Origin: Eremomyces bilateralis CBS 781.70
Lineage: Eukaryota
Length of the DNA stretch: 64,000 nt
Assembly: GCA_010015585.1 (NCBI GenBank)
Contig: ML975169.1
Strand: one strand, 5' to 3'
In this document: in pieces, positions 46,405 through 59,874 of the stretch
Layout of the letters: every line of letters begins with the position of its first letter
How positions within the stretch are numbered: position 1 is the stretch's first letter
Made by a program: the position numbers and the translations under genes
The notes under the pieces: model-generated
The model's input: only the letters and a program-made list of their open reading frames with translations
Database searches by the model: none
Told to the model about the DNA's origin: nothing

Positions 46405-48853
46405 TCAGCACGCATCTCCAGGGCACGCAATGTTCGTCCCATACACATCTCCACTAATGCCGGCGATCTGGAAAATGGCGTTGATGACACCACCAATTCC
46501 TTCTCCAGCAATCAAACCTGCCGCAATCGCGTATGCATAGATGTCAAATGAGTGGGGGAATTTCTTCGCCCAGAAATAAGCAGGCACCGAACCCATAATC
46601 ATCGCCCAGCCATAGGTAGACTGCGGCAGGACGAATGCGAGGGCAACGCACATCATGTTTGGATGATAGGTCCGCACCCATTCGAGGCGCCCAGTCCAAA
46701 CATAGTGGCGGATGAGGACCATAATCACTCCGACAATGGAGAAAACAATGGCGAAGATTCCGGACGAGGCTGGAATGGGGAATGTTGGGTCGGTGACAGC
46801 AACAGCAGTTGCACGCCAGGCTGCAACGGACGGGTAAGAGAAGGGGCAATCCTCGATTTCAGCATCAAGGATACATGGGTAACTGGTTGAAGAGTTAGCG
46901 CTGGTGCTGGGAGTAGAGAGAGGGTCACTTACGCTTTAGCAAAGAGCATGAACATGGCGGGAGCAAGGAAAACGGCAACGATCGTGCCAATACCTTGAGC
47001 AAGCCATTGCTGGTTCGGGGGGGTGCGGAGCAAAAACCCCACACGGAAATCGGCCACCAGATCGGTCGATTGGTTAGCAGCCAGGTTGGCCACCGTACCG
47101 CCCAGAAGGTTGAGTCGCTGAGCCTTGGTAATATCCCAGTTCTCGCCCTTCGTAGCTCCTCCAAGGACAATCTGAGAAGCCTTGGACGCGGCGGTGAGAG
47201 GGGTAACGTCGGTGACACCGGTGCACTGAATGGCGAGGAAGGAAAAGAAGAATGCCAGGAAGACGGAAAGGAGGGATTCGCCGACCGGCATGTCAAACTG
47301 TACGCCCATGACAACGCAAATGCAGATGATGGTAATTAGGAGACCCGGGAGGTACATCCACATCTTAACTCTTTCGCTCGGGTCCGCAGGGTCGAGGACG
47401 GCGTCTTCCGGTTTCTGGTCGCCTTTTCCACGCAGAGAGGTGATCTCGCGGCCAGACTTCTTGGATAATTCATAGATTCCCTTCTGGACACCCCGATAGA
47501 TGGCCTTGCCTCCGATGACGAAGATGCGCCATTGCATCGCTAACTCGGCAAAGGACACGGCAATCATGCAGAGGACACCGGGCCACAACATCCAATAACG
47601 CGGGCTAGGATTGTCCTTCGTAGAGAACTTTGCGCTCAGGGACGCGTAGGAGATATATCCCTCCCATTTCGGATCTTCCGACGCGGGGGTGCCAAACGCG
47701 TAGCCAGTACGGACCAGGACGGGTCCAATAAGACCCCAGGCAATGACACTGCCAGCATAGAAGGAGATTGCAACGTTCAATCCCACAAGCATACCAGCAC
47801 CGATGAAAGCAGGGGTGAACTCAATCACCCAGAACCAGTTCTCAGCGGCAATGGCACCGTTGTTGTAGTTGCCCCAGATAAAGAACCAAGTGAAGATGTG
47901 CCAGTCCCACAGGATACCAACGGCATATTGCGAGACCACTCGAAGTATTAAAGCAGCAGAAAAAGACCAGCTGAGGGCTACCATCTTGAGCTTGGCAGCG
48001 GCCTCTCCCGTGGCAGCCAGGTGCATGCTGCGAATGGTCATGGCCGTTGCAGAAGCCGTTGGGAAAATGAGTCGGAGCTCGCGAGCCACATAAATGATAA
48101 AGAATTTACGTACTGCAAAACATTAGTTACATTCGAAACCAACACTTCGTGGCACTTACGAGGGGTTGCAAAGAAGAATCCGAAGTAACCACCCACGGCG
48201 GTGAATCCAACAATGCGCCAGAAGTCCGCCTGGGGGGTTTCCAGCAGGTTGAGCTGATACAACGCGGGGAGAGCAGACACGAAGGCATTGGACATGCCTC
48301 CAGATGCGGTGGCTGCGGTCTGAACGATGTTGTTCTCACGCGGTCCGAATGATCCTCCGAGGAAAGGAATATTGCCAAACGTCTTGGAAAGGAACTTGAG
48401 GACTGCGAAACCAGCAATGGCCTAATGTGCAACAGTGAGTTAACTTCCATTGGCCCAGCATAGACGAGCGAAACTTACGCCGAACAAATTCGCAGTGAAC
48501 GTCCATCCAGTCTTGAGACCTAGGTAGACGTTGCTCGCATTGACCAGAGCACCACAAATGCAGCCCACGAAGATGGCACGGAAGGTCACAATCCAGTCGC
48601 GCTCGTCTGGAAGATCGTCGAAGGGGCGGAATGGGTCGTCGATGAAGTTGAAACCTTCCGGCTCCTTCTCATCGGCGCCCACTCCGTCATTGCGGAACTC
48701 CGTGGTGTCCAGCTCATAGCCCTGCTTGGAATCGATTTTCTCGTCATATTCAGTCGCGCCCACTCTAATACTTTGTCAGCTATGGTGGTCTCAGGAGTAG
48801 ATATGCCATTGCACCACTTACGGGGCCGCCTGGGGCGTTTCCCTTTCACTCAT
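46405..48853 (-). CDS. OPT/YSL-family oligopeptide transporter, multi-exon
   Basis: Motifs [50 protein letters not shown] and [12 protein letters not shown]. Confidence 0.92.
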
Positions 48854-51800
48854 GCTGGAGAGTATGCCACCCTATCACGGTATGCTGATATGGGTAGCTA
48901 GAATCTCAAAACATAGGCTGAACGACGCGTCCAAAGGTCTCAGTGAGAAACGGACGATGCTCCTAAAGACGTGGTTCTCGGAGAGAAAGTCGCGATTGCG
49001 AGCGCGGGGGAGGATAAGAATAATATAGCCAAGACGTAGAGGGATATGGTTTGATTATCCTGGTTGCATCCCAGATCGTTTCCAAGCTTCGCGCCCAAAG
49101 CAATGGAACCTGAGAGGCTGGACTCTGGAGTGACTGGACGTGCCGCGGTTTCGCATCAGGTATGGACCCCGACGATCATCGGCCCTCCTAGGCCTGGGAC
49201 GGCTTCAACCTGATATCCTTTATCAGGACCCTGGAGCCCTGGAACGAAGGTTGAATGCCCCTACACAGTAGTGGGTCCAGCCCACCCTGCAACGATGCAA
49301 GGAACAAGGAAGGGATATGCTGGCAAGCCTGGCATACATTACTTGATATTCATTTTGCCCGTCTAGTTCCAACCCAACCGCTGGTTCAATGGAGGAGGTG
49401 CTTCAAATCACCTGCAAGTCGGCCACCTCCTCCTGCCAATCCTGGAAAGGATTCGAGCAATGGGTGGTAAGCGAAAGTACGAAGGTTGGTGATATGGATC
49501 GACTATCCAGGGCTAGATCGCACATTTTCAGCCAGGAGTCCAGACGTGGGGCGGAAGAAACCGCTACTGAACGACTCTATGGTGTCTTTTGCTTAGACAA
49601 GCGATGAAGCGAAGGAAGTTAGCCTACAATGATGTTTGGACCTACTAATTTGGCGCAAGTCTGGTGAGTCGTAGGTAATTCCACTTTACGTCCAGAACTT
49701 AACCGGAGGACCTATAAGACCTAAGTGGTAGGAGGAATGGCAGACGGGTGGTGACCATGATCTTGATCATCGATGTATTGAGCCATTGAATGCCACCCCA
49801 GCCCCCAGGTAACCATTCTTGCCGCGACACATCACACACGGTTGAGGACTGGGGTGGCAATACTGTAAATCGGTAATGATATTGGAAGCGGAAATGGGGG
49901 AGCACCGAGAAAGGGAGAATTCGATTTTGTAACCTTCGGAACGCCTGCGCTAGGATGTTAAGCGGCAGTAGTGCATCCTGTGCATTAGTACCATAATCAA
50001 GCTAATCCCCCAAGGAGGGAACAAGCTTTTGATAGTGGCGTAATTATGTTCCAGCCGTTGCGGTGGTGCTGAGCGCCGGAACCTCTAGCCCCAAAGGCTC
50101 CAACAAGGTTACGATGCTAAATCGTGGGACCTGTCATCTGTGACAATGGGTAAGAGCGGAATTGGTAACTTGCAATTTTGCGTACCTAATACAAACATAC
50201 CGTGTTAATGGAGGCGGAGGTCCCCGAAGAAATCTCATGCTCTCCCCCTCTACCGCTTGCCTAGCTTTATCAGTTCAGAATTCAGATTCAGCTTGGGTCT
50301 TTGACCCGTTACATTCTCGGTTGCTCAGAGACATTGCTATATGTGTGGCAAACGGTTTTCCCATAATACGGCAAGGTTCCGCACTGAAAGACCCCCCAAG
50401 CAAAAGATTGACGTTGTGCTTCACCAACCAGACTGCGCTGCTCACATCAATTCTGTGGTCTGTCGTCGATAGAAGCCGTTGTGGCGTAACGGGTCGAGCA
50501 ATAAGCTCCAAGCCTCAAAATGCTGTCCTGGTCAGTGTGCCATGGTGCAGGTGGGGGGCTGGGAGTTGCGACTTCATCGCTATTCCAATTTCCGACCACC
50601 CATCAGTCATACATAGACCATAACTTTGTTCTCTTCCCGTACGTAACAAGTAACAACAGGATATCCGTATATGCGAGCGACATCCTCACATAATCATTCC
50701 GCTCCAAGGACGAAGTTAGAAGAGAAGGTGCCATAAAATTAATAATTGGTCGACTACTCGATATTCACCCAGTCTCACGCACTGACGCACACGGGACATC
50801 TGTAATGGCCCGTTCTCCTGCAGGGTTTGTACTGTCTATTATGATCCTTCGAGAATCCAGACATGTAATTGGATGCTTGGGGCATGCTCGGCAATCATGA
50901 GGTTACATACGGAATACAGACTGGCAGTTCGGGAGCAGGGTTGGTACAGTAACCGTGTACGGTGTACATACCCGACTACGAACCCTGCTGGTTAGCCCAA
51001 GCCATCCACATGTCAAATTGTCAATCTCCAACGGAGGCTTGCCTTTTCTGGAAGGTCGATGGTTTCCCCACCAATGTGGGATTATCTCCGAGGGCGATCT
51101 GCGTGTGGCTGCACGCCACACATTCTTTGCTGTGGCCTATGAGAGCCGGCCGGGGTGGCCAAATTATGCTAAACGCCTAAATCACCACCTGCTTCTCGAT
51201 CTACTAATAACCGAGTGATAGTAACTGTCTCATTTGGGCAGGTATCCACTTGCCGCTTGCTCGCAGAAACCATGGCCAACCGTCCCCTGCTCGTCGGCTC
51301 CTTATAACGAGGATAATATGTAATAACGATTTGTTGGTGGGATATATTTAGGACCTTACGTACGGAGTAGTACTCGGATACTGATCCGCCCTAGCCGAGC
51401 AACGGAGCAGGCCGGTTCCTCCAGTGTTTGAGAAGGGCAGTTGAAATGAGGGATTCAGTGAGGGTGGTGACCGGTTGGACAAAGACGGCAGGCCGAAAGC
51501 GAATCCACCTACGGAGTAATCAAGCAATAATATTACGATCTGACTGCCGGCAGCTGCTTCCCTCGCAAGTTGCAAATCCTTGGAGCCTTCATCCATCTCT
51601 CAGTCGTGGCACAATGGATGGCCAATTCGCACCGATAGGAACCAGTACGATACTGACGGGATTCTAGAAGGGATTTACGGTGTTCTAGAAGGAATTGGCG
51701 CATCAAAAGGGCGGTCCACGTTTAGATATGTGTAGGACCTAGGAACCTGGTTGGATGAGAAGATTGATCTTCGATACTCGGAACTCGGACGCTGATCCAT

Positions 51801-52691
51801 TTATCCTATTGTCCCATTGTACCGGAGAATTGGGTGATCCTCCTTGCTCGGATATGCTGGTACTGTACGCCCTATGGTGAATAATGTCTAGTTTTCGAGC
51901 AACAGAGCGATTTATCTCCCCTTGGATCTCGATTCCCGAAAACCAAAGACACGGTTAACATCTTATTCCATGTGCAAAGCCGCATGTTCAGGCGTCGGCA
52001 GCCGGAATATGTGATTCCTTGAAGTGAACAACAGGAACCTTTGGAACAAGCCGGTTCAATGAGATCATGTATTGAGACCCGTAAACTCGAGAGAGATAAA
52101 ACATTGCTTGAGCTGCATTTTTCGGTCACAGTATAGCCTTTCGTATGCCCCCACTTCTCAAAGGAGTTGTACAAGCGATTCTGACTTAACAATGGGAACA
52201 TAAATCTAGAGGAAAAACATGATGCTGACGAATAAGATCTTGGATCCAGGAAAATATGCTGGTTCAACAGGATATACCGCCCTCTAAACCGCCATCGGAA
52301 TGTCCGTAGGTACTCATAATCAACTCTTCTGAGTTGAGCAAGCACTAGGAGCATGATATATCTCCAGTACTCTGCGCTTCAAGATGAAGATGACCTTGAA
52401 CGGTTTCCCTTTGTCAGAGGAAATGTGAAACTGTCATCATACCTTAGAACGGCCGTTGTGAGAGCGGAGTTGACATGGAGAATCAGAATGTATTTCTGCC
52501 TTAGAGCCTTGATGCCTCGAAACTTTACGCTTCCACGTCTGTGCTTCGAAGTATCAAGATCCAAGGATCCATTATTGCCTACTGGACATCTAGATCTGGT
52601 GATGCTTGATCGCAAGTCTACTCGGATCTTTTGATCAGGAACACGTCAATTCCAACCTTCCTCAAGTCCTAGCCTTCCCAGCGGTGCAACA

Positions 52692-53745
52692 ATGGCGTCA
52701 AAACGGAACGTGGTGACCCTGTCATCAAACGTGAGGAGTTTGGCACCACGGCAATCCCAACTCTGTCGCAACCAGCAACGAGGCTTTGGAAGTCTTCTAC
52801 CCCGAAACGCTTATGACTCATTACGGCGACCTATACACTGGACAAGATGCGAGTCCAAACCTCGATTGTTCTCCCACACGACCGCACAGTACTACAAGAG
52901 TGTGCAGGAAGCCAAATCGAGACATAAGACGGGGGTATGTCGAATGTCGAATGTGCATCGTGGAGGATGAACGGCTAATTCGTGGGCAATAGGTGTTCTC
53001 GTGGAAAGCTGCCGTGGTATTTGTCATAACGGGCATCGGTCTCATCATTTTCTTTGAGAGTGAAAAGGCCCGCTTAGAAAGGAAGCGTCTTGCCGAGCAG
53101 ACGAAGGGAATTGGAAAGCCCAAAGTTGGTGGACCCTTTCACTTGGTCGACCATGACGGGAATCCGTTCTCAAGTGAGGATATGAAGGGGAAGTACGCAC
53201 TGGTAGGTGTCATATTAGAATGGTTCGACATGGAAGATCTAACAAGGCATCAGGTTTACTTCGGCTTTTCCAATTGTCCAGATATCTGTCCCGATGAGCT
53301 CGATAAAATGGCGGTCATGATCGATCTCACAAAACAAAAAGTGGGCAACGTGCTACGAGCCGTCATGCTCACCTGCGACCCAGCACGAGATAGCCCCGCG
53401 ATACTGAAGGAGTATCTTGCGGAATTTCACCCGGATATTATCGGATTGACGGGTTCATATGAGGAGATCAAGCAGACTTGCAAGGCATATCGCGTCTACT
53501 TCTCCACGCCGGAGCATGTGAAACCCGGTCAAGATTACCTAGTGGATCACAGCATATACTTCTATCTCATGGGTAAGCCGGTCCAACCCGCGTGTCCATT
53601 GCGCATGCCCAGGGCTAATGTTGGTCACCTAGATCCGGAAGGAGATTTCGTCGAGGCAATTGGACGGAATTTCACAGCAGAGGACGCGGCCAGGGTCATC
53701 ACAGAGCACGTCAAAGATTGGAAAGGCCCCTTGGACCGGAGTTAA
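52692..53745 (+). CDS. SCO1: Cytochrome c oxidase copper chaperone Sco1, multi-exon
   Basis: Motifs GKPKVGGPFHLVD, YFGFSNCPDICPDELDKM, CDPARD and YLVDHSIYFYLM. Confidence 0.96.
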
Positions 53746-53998
53746 TTCCGTGGTGGAGCGAATGTAGATCTGTACCATATGTGTCTTGTATATATCGTGC
53801 ATGGCATCTGGCGTATGGGGATTGGATGCTGTTCTGATCGGTTGGATCGGCGTGAATGATGGCTTTTGGAGCCACTAGTAACGAATCACCCTACTCAATC
53901 AAGCGGGCCTCGATTTAACAAATGAAAAGGTCATTTCTGGGGTATCATAATCGTCTATGAGTCTAAATGACGGCATGAACGCGAAACCTTCGGTTTGA

Positions 53999-55090
53999 TT
54001 AATGGTCGACCCTTGACAGCCGGCTGGGATGAATACCCTCTGGACGGCCTGACTCCTTGGGGGTAGGGAGCTCTGGCGCCGAACTGGAAGGTTTCGATTG
54101 ATCTCGCGGTTTCTTTTTCGAACTCGGTGCAGTATCGTCCTTCCCAGAGTTGTTCTCCTTCTCCTTCTTCTCCTTATCCTCCTTGGCGAGTTTCTGTTTC
54201 TGCTCCTCAACCATCCTCCGCTTCCGCTGCTCAGTCAACTTCGTGTTCTTCTCCTTGATCTTCTCCTTTCGGAATTTGCTTTTCGAACCTCCTCCTCCGA
54301 CCGTCAGCTCCACGTTGATTTTCCGAGCTGGGGAGGTTCCATCATCGAATTCGGTATGGTGATAGAGTTTGAGACATGTCTTCATGCGATCGTAATGATC
54401 GAACTCCAGAAAAGCGAACCCCTTGGACTTTCCGGTTTCCTTCTTCGTGGCATGACGAACGGAAGCAGGCTTCAACTTCTCGAAGTGCTTATTGAGCGCT
54501 TCGGTCGTGGTCGTGTATGGTAGATTTCCTGGGTTGTGTTAGGAACAACTCTTCCCTCAGAAATGTTTAGAATGTAGCTTACCAACGAATACAATGAACT
54601 TCTGGCCCTTCATTGATTCCTTGCCCGCCGACTGATTCTGCCCTTCTTCGTGTTTAGGGGGATCCGCTGCAATCACGGGTTCGGCATCCTTGGACTTGGA
54701 TTCGCCCTCGGACTTAGACTCGCTCTTAGACTTGGACTCGATCTTGGACTCGATCTTGGGCTCCACCTCGGACTTGGACTCAATCTTGGACTCGTCTTTG
54801 GACTTGGAATCGCCCTTGGACTTGGATTTGGATTTGGACTTGGACTTGGACTTGGACTCGGTCTTGGCCTTGGGCTCGTCTTCGGACTTGGACTCGACTT
54901 TGGACTTGGACTCATCCTTGGACTTGGACTCGCCCTTGGACTTGGACTCGCCCTCAGACTTAGACTCGCCCTTGGACTTCGACTTCTTGCTTCGTTTGGC
55001 CTTCACCTCATCTTTGCGGCTGCTCGATTGCTCGTCATCAACCGTTCGCTTCCGCTTCTTCCCCGATAACTCCTTATCTGCTTCCGACAT
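53999..55090 (-). CDS. Nucleolar RRM protein (Nop6-like), one intron
   Basis: FIVFVG/NLPYTTT (RNP2), KSKGFAFLEF (RNP1), RKINVELTVGGGG and a C-terminal GIHPSR. Confidence 0.85.
54690..54980. repeat. Coding minisatellite (6/18-nt GGACTT/GGACTC units) encoding (K/E)SK repeats in the Nop6-like protein
   Basis: Read directly; it translates as KSKGESKSEGESKSKGESKSKDESKSKVESKSE... Confidence 0.9.
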
Positions 55091-55408
55091 CTTGTACTGG
55101 TCAGGTTCTTGTAATTTTAGCTTTTGCAGATGGGTTCGAGTGAATGCAGATCAGAATATTGGGGAATTTCTAGCACTGGAGATTTTCGTTCAACAAACTG
55201 GAAGACAATATTTTTGTGGGGTAGACAGGGGTCATAGCGTATGGAATAAAGCGAACGGCCGAATGTGAATCGGATGTTGCGGTCTCTGCTTGGACTTGGC
55301 TGGAGCTTTGGACAATTGACATCGAGTATCGACAGTGACAGTGAACGTGAACGTGAACGTGAACGTGGAAACCACAATCAGGGGATGGGCATTGCAATTC
55401 TTTAAGCT

Positions 55409-56553
55409 ATGTCTCTCGGTCCAAGAACCTTTGCTCGTTGGTTGACCGGCGGCTTCCAATGCTCGAAATGTCAGAGGCTCCAATTCTTGCCCACCAGGCA
55501 ATTGCGACGACTTCATTCCCAGGGCCGCAATAGCTCCTCGCATAATGCCGGTGATGACCCCAATTTCTCGTCGGTAATTGACCAGCCGGCCGTGCTGGTT
55601 CGCAGCGGTCAGCGACATGGTCCTGGGCTCATCCTGCTTGGTATGTGTCCTTCCTAGAGACCACTTTCATCTGATTGACATGTTCCTAGCTCTCATCCCT
55701 CTCACCGCGTTCGCCCTCGGTACATGGCAAGTTCAGCGGCTATCATGGAAGGTCGATCTCATCGCAAAATACGAAGACCGTCTGCTTCGTCCTCCTCTCC
55801 CATTGCCGCCCAAGATTGACCCTTCTGCCGTGGGCGACTTCGACCATCGGAGGGTAACGGCAACCGGTCGATTCCGCCATGACCAGGAGATGCTGGTGGG
55901 CCCGCGGATCAACGAAGAAGAAAACGGATACTTCGTAATCACACCCTTGGAGCGTGAAGGGGAAGGGAGTACCATCCTCGTCAATCGAGGCTGGATACCG
56001 AAGAGATTGAAAGATCAACGAGCTAGGGAGGCCGCCGCGAGGGCAAGCACCAAAAGTGCGGAGGAGCCACTCCCGCGTGGCGTGGTTACGGTCGAGGGAT
56101 TGTTACGGGAACCGTGGAAGAAGAATATGTTCACCCCGGATAATCAGCCGGAGAAGGGTGAGTGGTACTTTCCGGATGTCCATGAGATGGCCAAATGGGC
56201 TGGCAGCCAGCCAGTTTGGATTGAAGAAACAATGGGTATGTCAAGCATTCACTCGCCGCCACCGTGCGCCTGGTTAATCATATTTATAGAAGCAAGTTTC
56301 TTAAATTCATACGCGAGAGAAGAAAGAGGTATTCCTATCGGCCGAGCCTCGGAGGTGAAGCTCAGCAACAACCACCTTCAATACGTGGTTACATGGTATG
56401 TGACTGGATCCTTTCCCTTCCACACCACCATATTTCTAACACCATGTATCCAGGTATGGCCTTAGTCTAGCTACCTCTGTCATGTTGTGGATGGTGGTTA
56501 AAAAACCTCTTGCTGGGTCCGCTGGTCGAGTTCGACACAGCAGACAGTGGTAA
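55409..56553 (+). CDS. SHY1: SURF1/Shy1 cytochrome c oxidase assembly factor, multi-exon
   Basis: Motifs FALGTWQVQRLSWK, VGPR, ILVNRGWIP and NNHLQYVVTW/YGL. Confidence 0.95.
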
Positions 56554-56631
56554 TCCAAGAGAAAGGTTGTGACCCAACACGCTCTCCAGTTTATTCCAAG
56601 GTGGTGTAACGACGGTCAAAACGAACAGGGA

Positions 56632-58465
56632 CTACTCCGGCTCCTCTGTGATTGTCGCCATGCGGTTCTTCTTCCTTTTTCGAGCCTTGATCGGCGCAGT
56701 CATTCGTATTTCTTGAATCAGCTCCCGAGGAAGAAATCGTTGCGCCAGCGAAAAGGGCGTATTCGATGCACTCGTCTGCCGTTGTCTGGAAGAGGTTGTC
56801 AGCGGTCATCCGTTGTCAAGTTCCTCGAGCCCTACCTTCTCATGAGAGCAAGCATGTCCGACTCCTCGATCGTTTTTCGGCCGGCGTGATCGGCATAGCT
56901 TGCAAGGTCTTCAGCAACCTGTTCGAAAAACCAATCGCTAGCTTGGGAAATAGCTAGCAACGTGTCTTTTCCCAGTTTTCCATTGGCGATGCCGCAGGAT
57001 TTGGCCGTTGCTGTTGCCAGTCGTTTGATGACGGATGGCGGAAACGACCCATAGGGCTTGCCAAATTTCGATATCTTCTTTGGCTCCGGGCCTCGCTTTA
57101 CTGGAGAGCGTTCCGGGCTGTTCCTCATAGCATCATCCTGCACCAGAAAATGTGTGTTCTGTGGTGTTGGAATCCGATTGTTTAGGGAAGCCGAAACCAC
57201 TTCTTCCACCATTTCCGAACCGTCCGAGTCACCTTCGCTTAGTTGCGTTTCGTCCTGCTGTGTAAACCCCCCCGGATCCGATTGCGCGGGTGATTCGGGT
57301 TGTGGGGACTCCTGTCGCCTCTCGGGAACGCGGAACTGAAATGTCGTAGTGTTACCATCCGAAGGCGACGAGGAACGGCGCTCAGCATCCAGTCTAGACT
57401 CTCTCCGCAGAATTGCCTGGACCTGCTGTGTTGTATCACTATTTGATGTTAGCGACGATTCCAACCGGCGTCTGGGAATGCGCACTCGTCTTCCATCGCA
57501 CCAATCTCCTCCAAGAATGCTTGGGTATCTTCCATTCCGATGTGCTCCAGGACCCCGGTGAGATTGGCTGTCTGTTCGTCCATCTCGTATTCTTCCATAT
57601 CACCGAAACGATCGCTCAAGGTCTCCAGCGCCAACCCACCCAAACTAAACCTCGAAAGATCTTGTCGTCGGCCCATTTCCACATCCCTTGCCGAACGCGC
57701 TGTTTTTGCCGAGCTCTGGGATAGAGCTGCCACTGTGGCTTCGTCATCGTCTTCTTCATCTTCATCCAGGTTGACCGAAAAACGTGGGACTTTCTCGTGG
57801 AAACTGTCGTCATCTTCCAGCGCGTTTAAAGGGAGCGAGAGACGGGGCGGTGCCTCGTCAGGCTCGTCGAAGAAATCCTCGAATCCATTTCTGCGACGCT
57901 TGGTTGAGGGGATAGCAGCTGGAGACGGCTCTATCGGTGCGGTACGTGCGGCAAGGACTACACCGTAAGGAAATTAGAACATTCATCAGAGCGCAAGCAA
58001 GTTTGGAGGCGCAAGAAAGGGGATACACACGTCTACTCAGGTTTCGTAGAGTGTCCCTCGGAGTCTCCCTCTGCAATCTCCCACTCTTTCGTCGATCTCT
58101 TCCCGGGGTCCCTGCCCGGTCAATCCTTTGCTGATATGCGCGGATCGCATGGGGAGTAGTCGGTTTGGTGCTTCGCTGTAGTCGAGACCGAGAAATCGTT
58201 CGCGGCCCGCGTGATAAGCTTCCGGGCGTCCGAACGGGGATTTTGAACGCTGAAGCTGGCTGGCGACTGGACGCCCGTTCAGAGGGTGTCGCGGGGTTTC
58301 GAATGACGTTCGCTAAGTTATGGAGCTTGACAAGTCAGAGGTCGAAAAAGAAAGGGCATATCAAGGGCCTACATCTGTGAATGGAGTCCGCTTGTTGGTA
58401 TCGCGGTCGTCGGCACCCGATTTGCGAGGAGTATACCGCACTCGTTTCGATGGTGGTTCGGCCAT
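56632..58465 (-). CDS. Kinetochore protein CENP-T (Cnp20-like), C-terminal histone fold, multi-exon
   Basis: Disordered TP-rich N-terminus with QRETPRDTLRNLSR. The histone fold reads ASDWFFEQVAEDLASYADHAGRKTIEESDMLALMRR/QRQ...FSLAQRFLPRELIQEIR. Confidence 0.85.
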
Positions 58466-58893
58466 AGGGATTTGCGACTATGGTGCCAATATTTAAAGCT
58501 CAGAGGGCCAGAACAGTACCGTAAGTTATTTACTGGAGGAATGGTAGCGTTGGAGAACAATAGAATTATAGAAACCGACTGGAAGTGTTGTTTACATCTA
58601 CGCAGGTTTCGGGGAGACGTCAGTGGGTCATCGCGTCCAGTACATCAGGCATTAAGGCATAAATGTTGGGGATAAGGCATCAACGTTGTACTCTGGACCG
58701 CTTTAATTATCAGATCAATCGATAAGCCCTTGAATGCTTGGCATCAAAATTGTCATCCAGTCCTGATTGATATTAATGTTGAAGTTTGAACCGTCCTACT
58801 TCGATTTCGATTCTTCGGTCGATCTTGACAAGTCCTTAATAATTGATTTAGAGGTGAACTATATTGAAGTCATCTGTGTGTAAATCCATCGCC

Positions 58894-59874
58894 ATGGCAA
58901 AGGGACACACTGATACCTCACCGCTGGTTGATGGGCCGCCCGATTCCAGCACCAAGCGCAAGAGGGTCGAGGAGCCAGTCCAGAAATCGACGCATTCAAA
59001 ACGCAGGAAATCTCGGAAGCCCAAGGACATTCAAGATGATGAGATCGATCAAGAGCAAAAGGTCAATAAGGGAATTTCGCGCATGGACAGTGTCCTCCTT
59101 GCGGACTTAATCGTCCAACGAACGAAGCGATTTGAGCCGGAATTAAGTTCTGTGGAACTAGAAGATAAACACATCCCTTGTGAGTCTTCCTACCAGTCCA
59201 CTTTGGCTGATGTAACTCATCGGTTTTGCAGCAAAGGCGATATTTGACACCACCGTGTGGCAGGAGGACCGAACAGTGGATCAACTTCCCAACTTTCTCG
59301 AAAAGTTTGCAGAAGACAAGCTATCTGTATGTCCGAAACCGAATGGCAGTCCTCACACTTTGGTCCTCGCCATGGCTGGGCTTAGAGCGGCAGATCTAGC
59401 TCGGTAAGTATTGCGTCTTCGTGCTGGTAACATATAGTTGCTGATGGTTGCAAGATCTCTCCGGAAATTTCAGACCAAGGATGCGCTGATAGCCAAACTT
59501 TTTGCCAAGCACATCAAACTGAATGAGGCCATTGAGTCATGCAAACGTTATAGGTCAGTTCGATAATGATATCGATCGCTATGATTCTAATCTCTCTACA
59601 GGATGAACATTGGAGTCGGCACTCCTCAGCGAGTTCTCGACCTCCTGGAGGCCGGTGAGTTGGACCCAAAAGAATGTTTCACAACCGCTGACTCATTATA
59701 GGATGTCTATCAACCGATCACTTAAAAAGAATCGTGCTTGATGCATCGTACGTGGATCCGAAGAAGAGAGGGGTCATGGATATGAAGGAGGTCACCGTGC
59801 CATTGACCAAGCTACTTTCACGGCCAGAACTCAAGTCAAAATATGGCGTGGACCTTCAGATACTATTCTTCTAG
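58894..59874 (+). CDS. CMS1: Cms1, U3-containing 90S pre-ribosome subunit, multi-exon
   Basis: Motifs LSSVELED, GSPHTLVLAMAGLRAADLAR, AKLFAKHIKL, VGTPQRV and LDASYVDPKKRG. Confidence 0.88.

Noticed and set aside
48900..52650. 3.7-kb gap with 150-160-aa ORFs (50162-50623, 51872-52354)
   Set aside because: No domain motifs or coherent splice model; probably a long OPT/SCO1 promoter region or decayed sequence.
54650..55268. (GL)n, (DLDS)n and (SP)n ORFs
   Set aside because: Alternate-frame and antisense shadows of the Nop6-like coding minisatellite.
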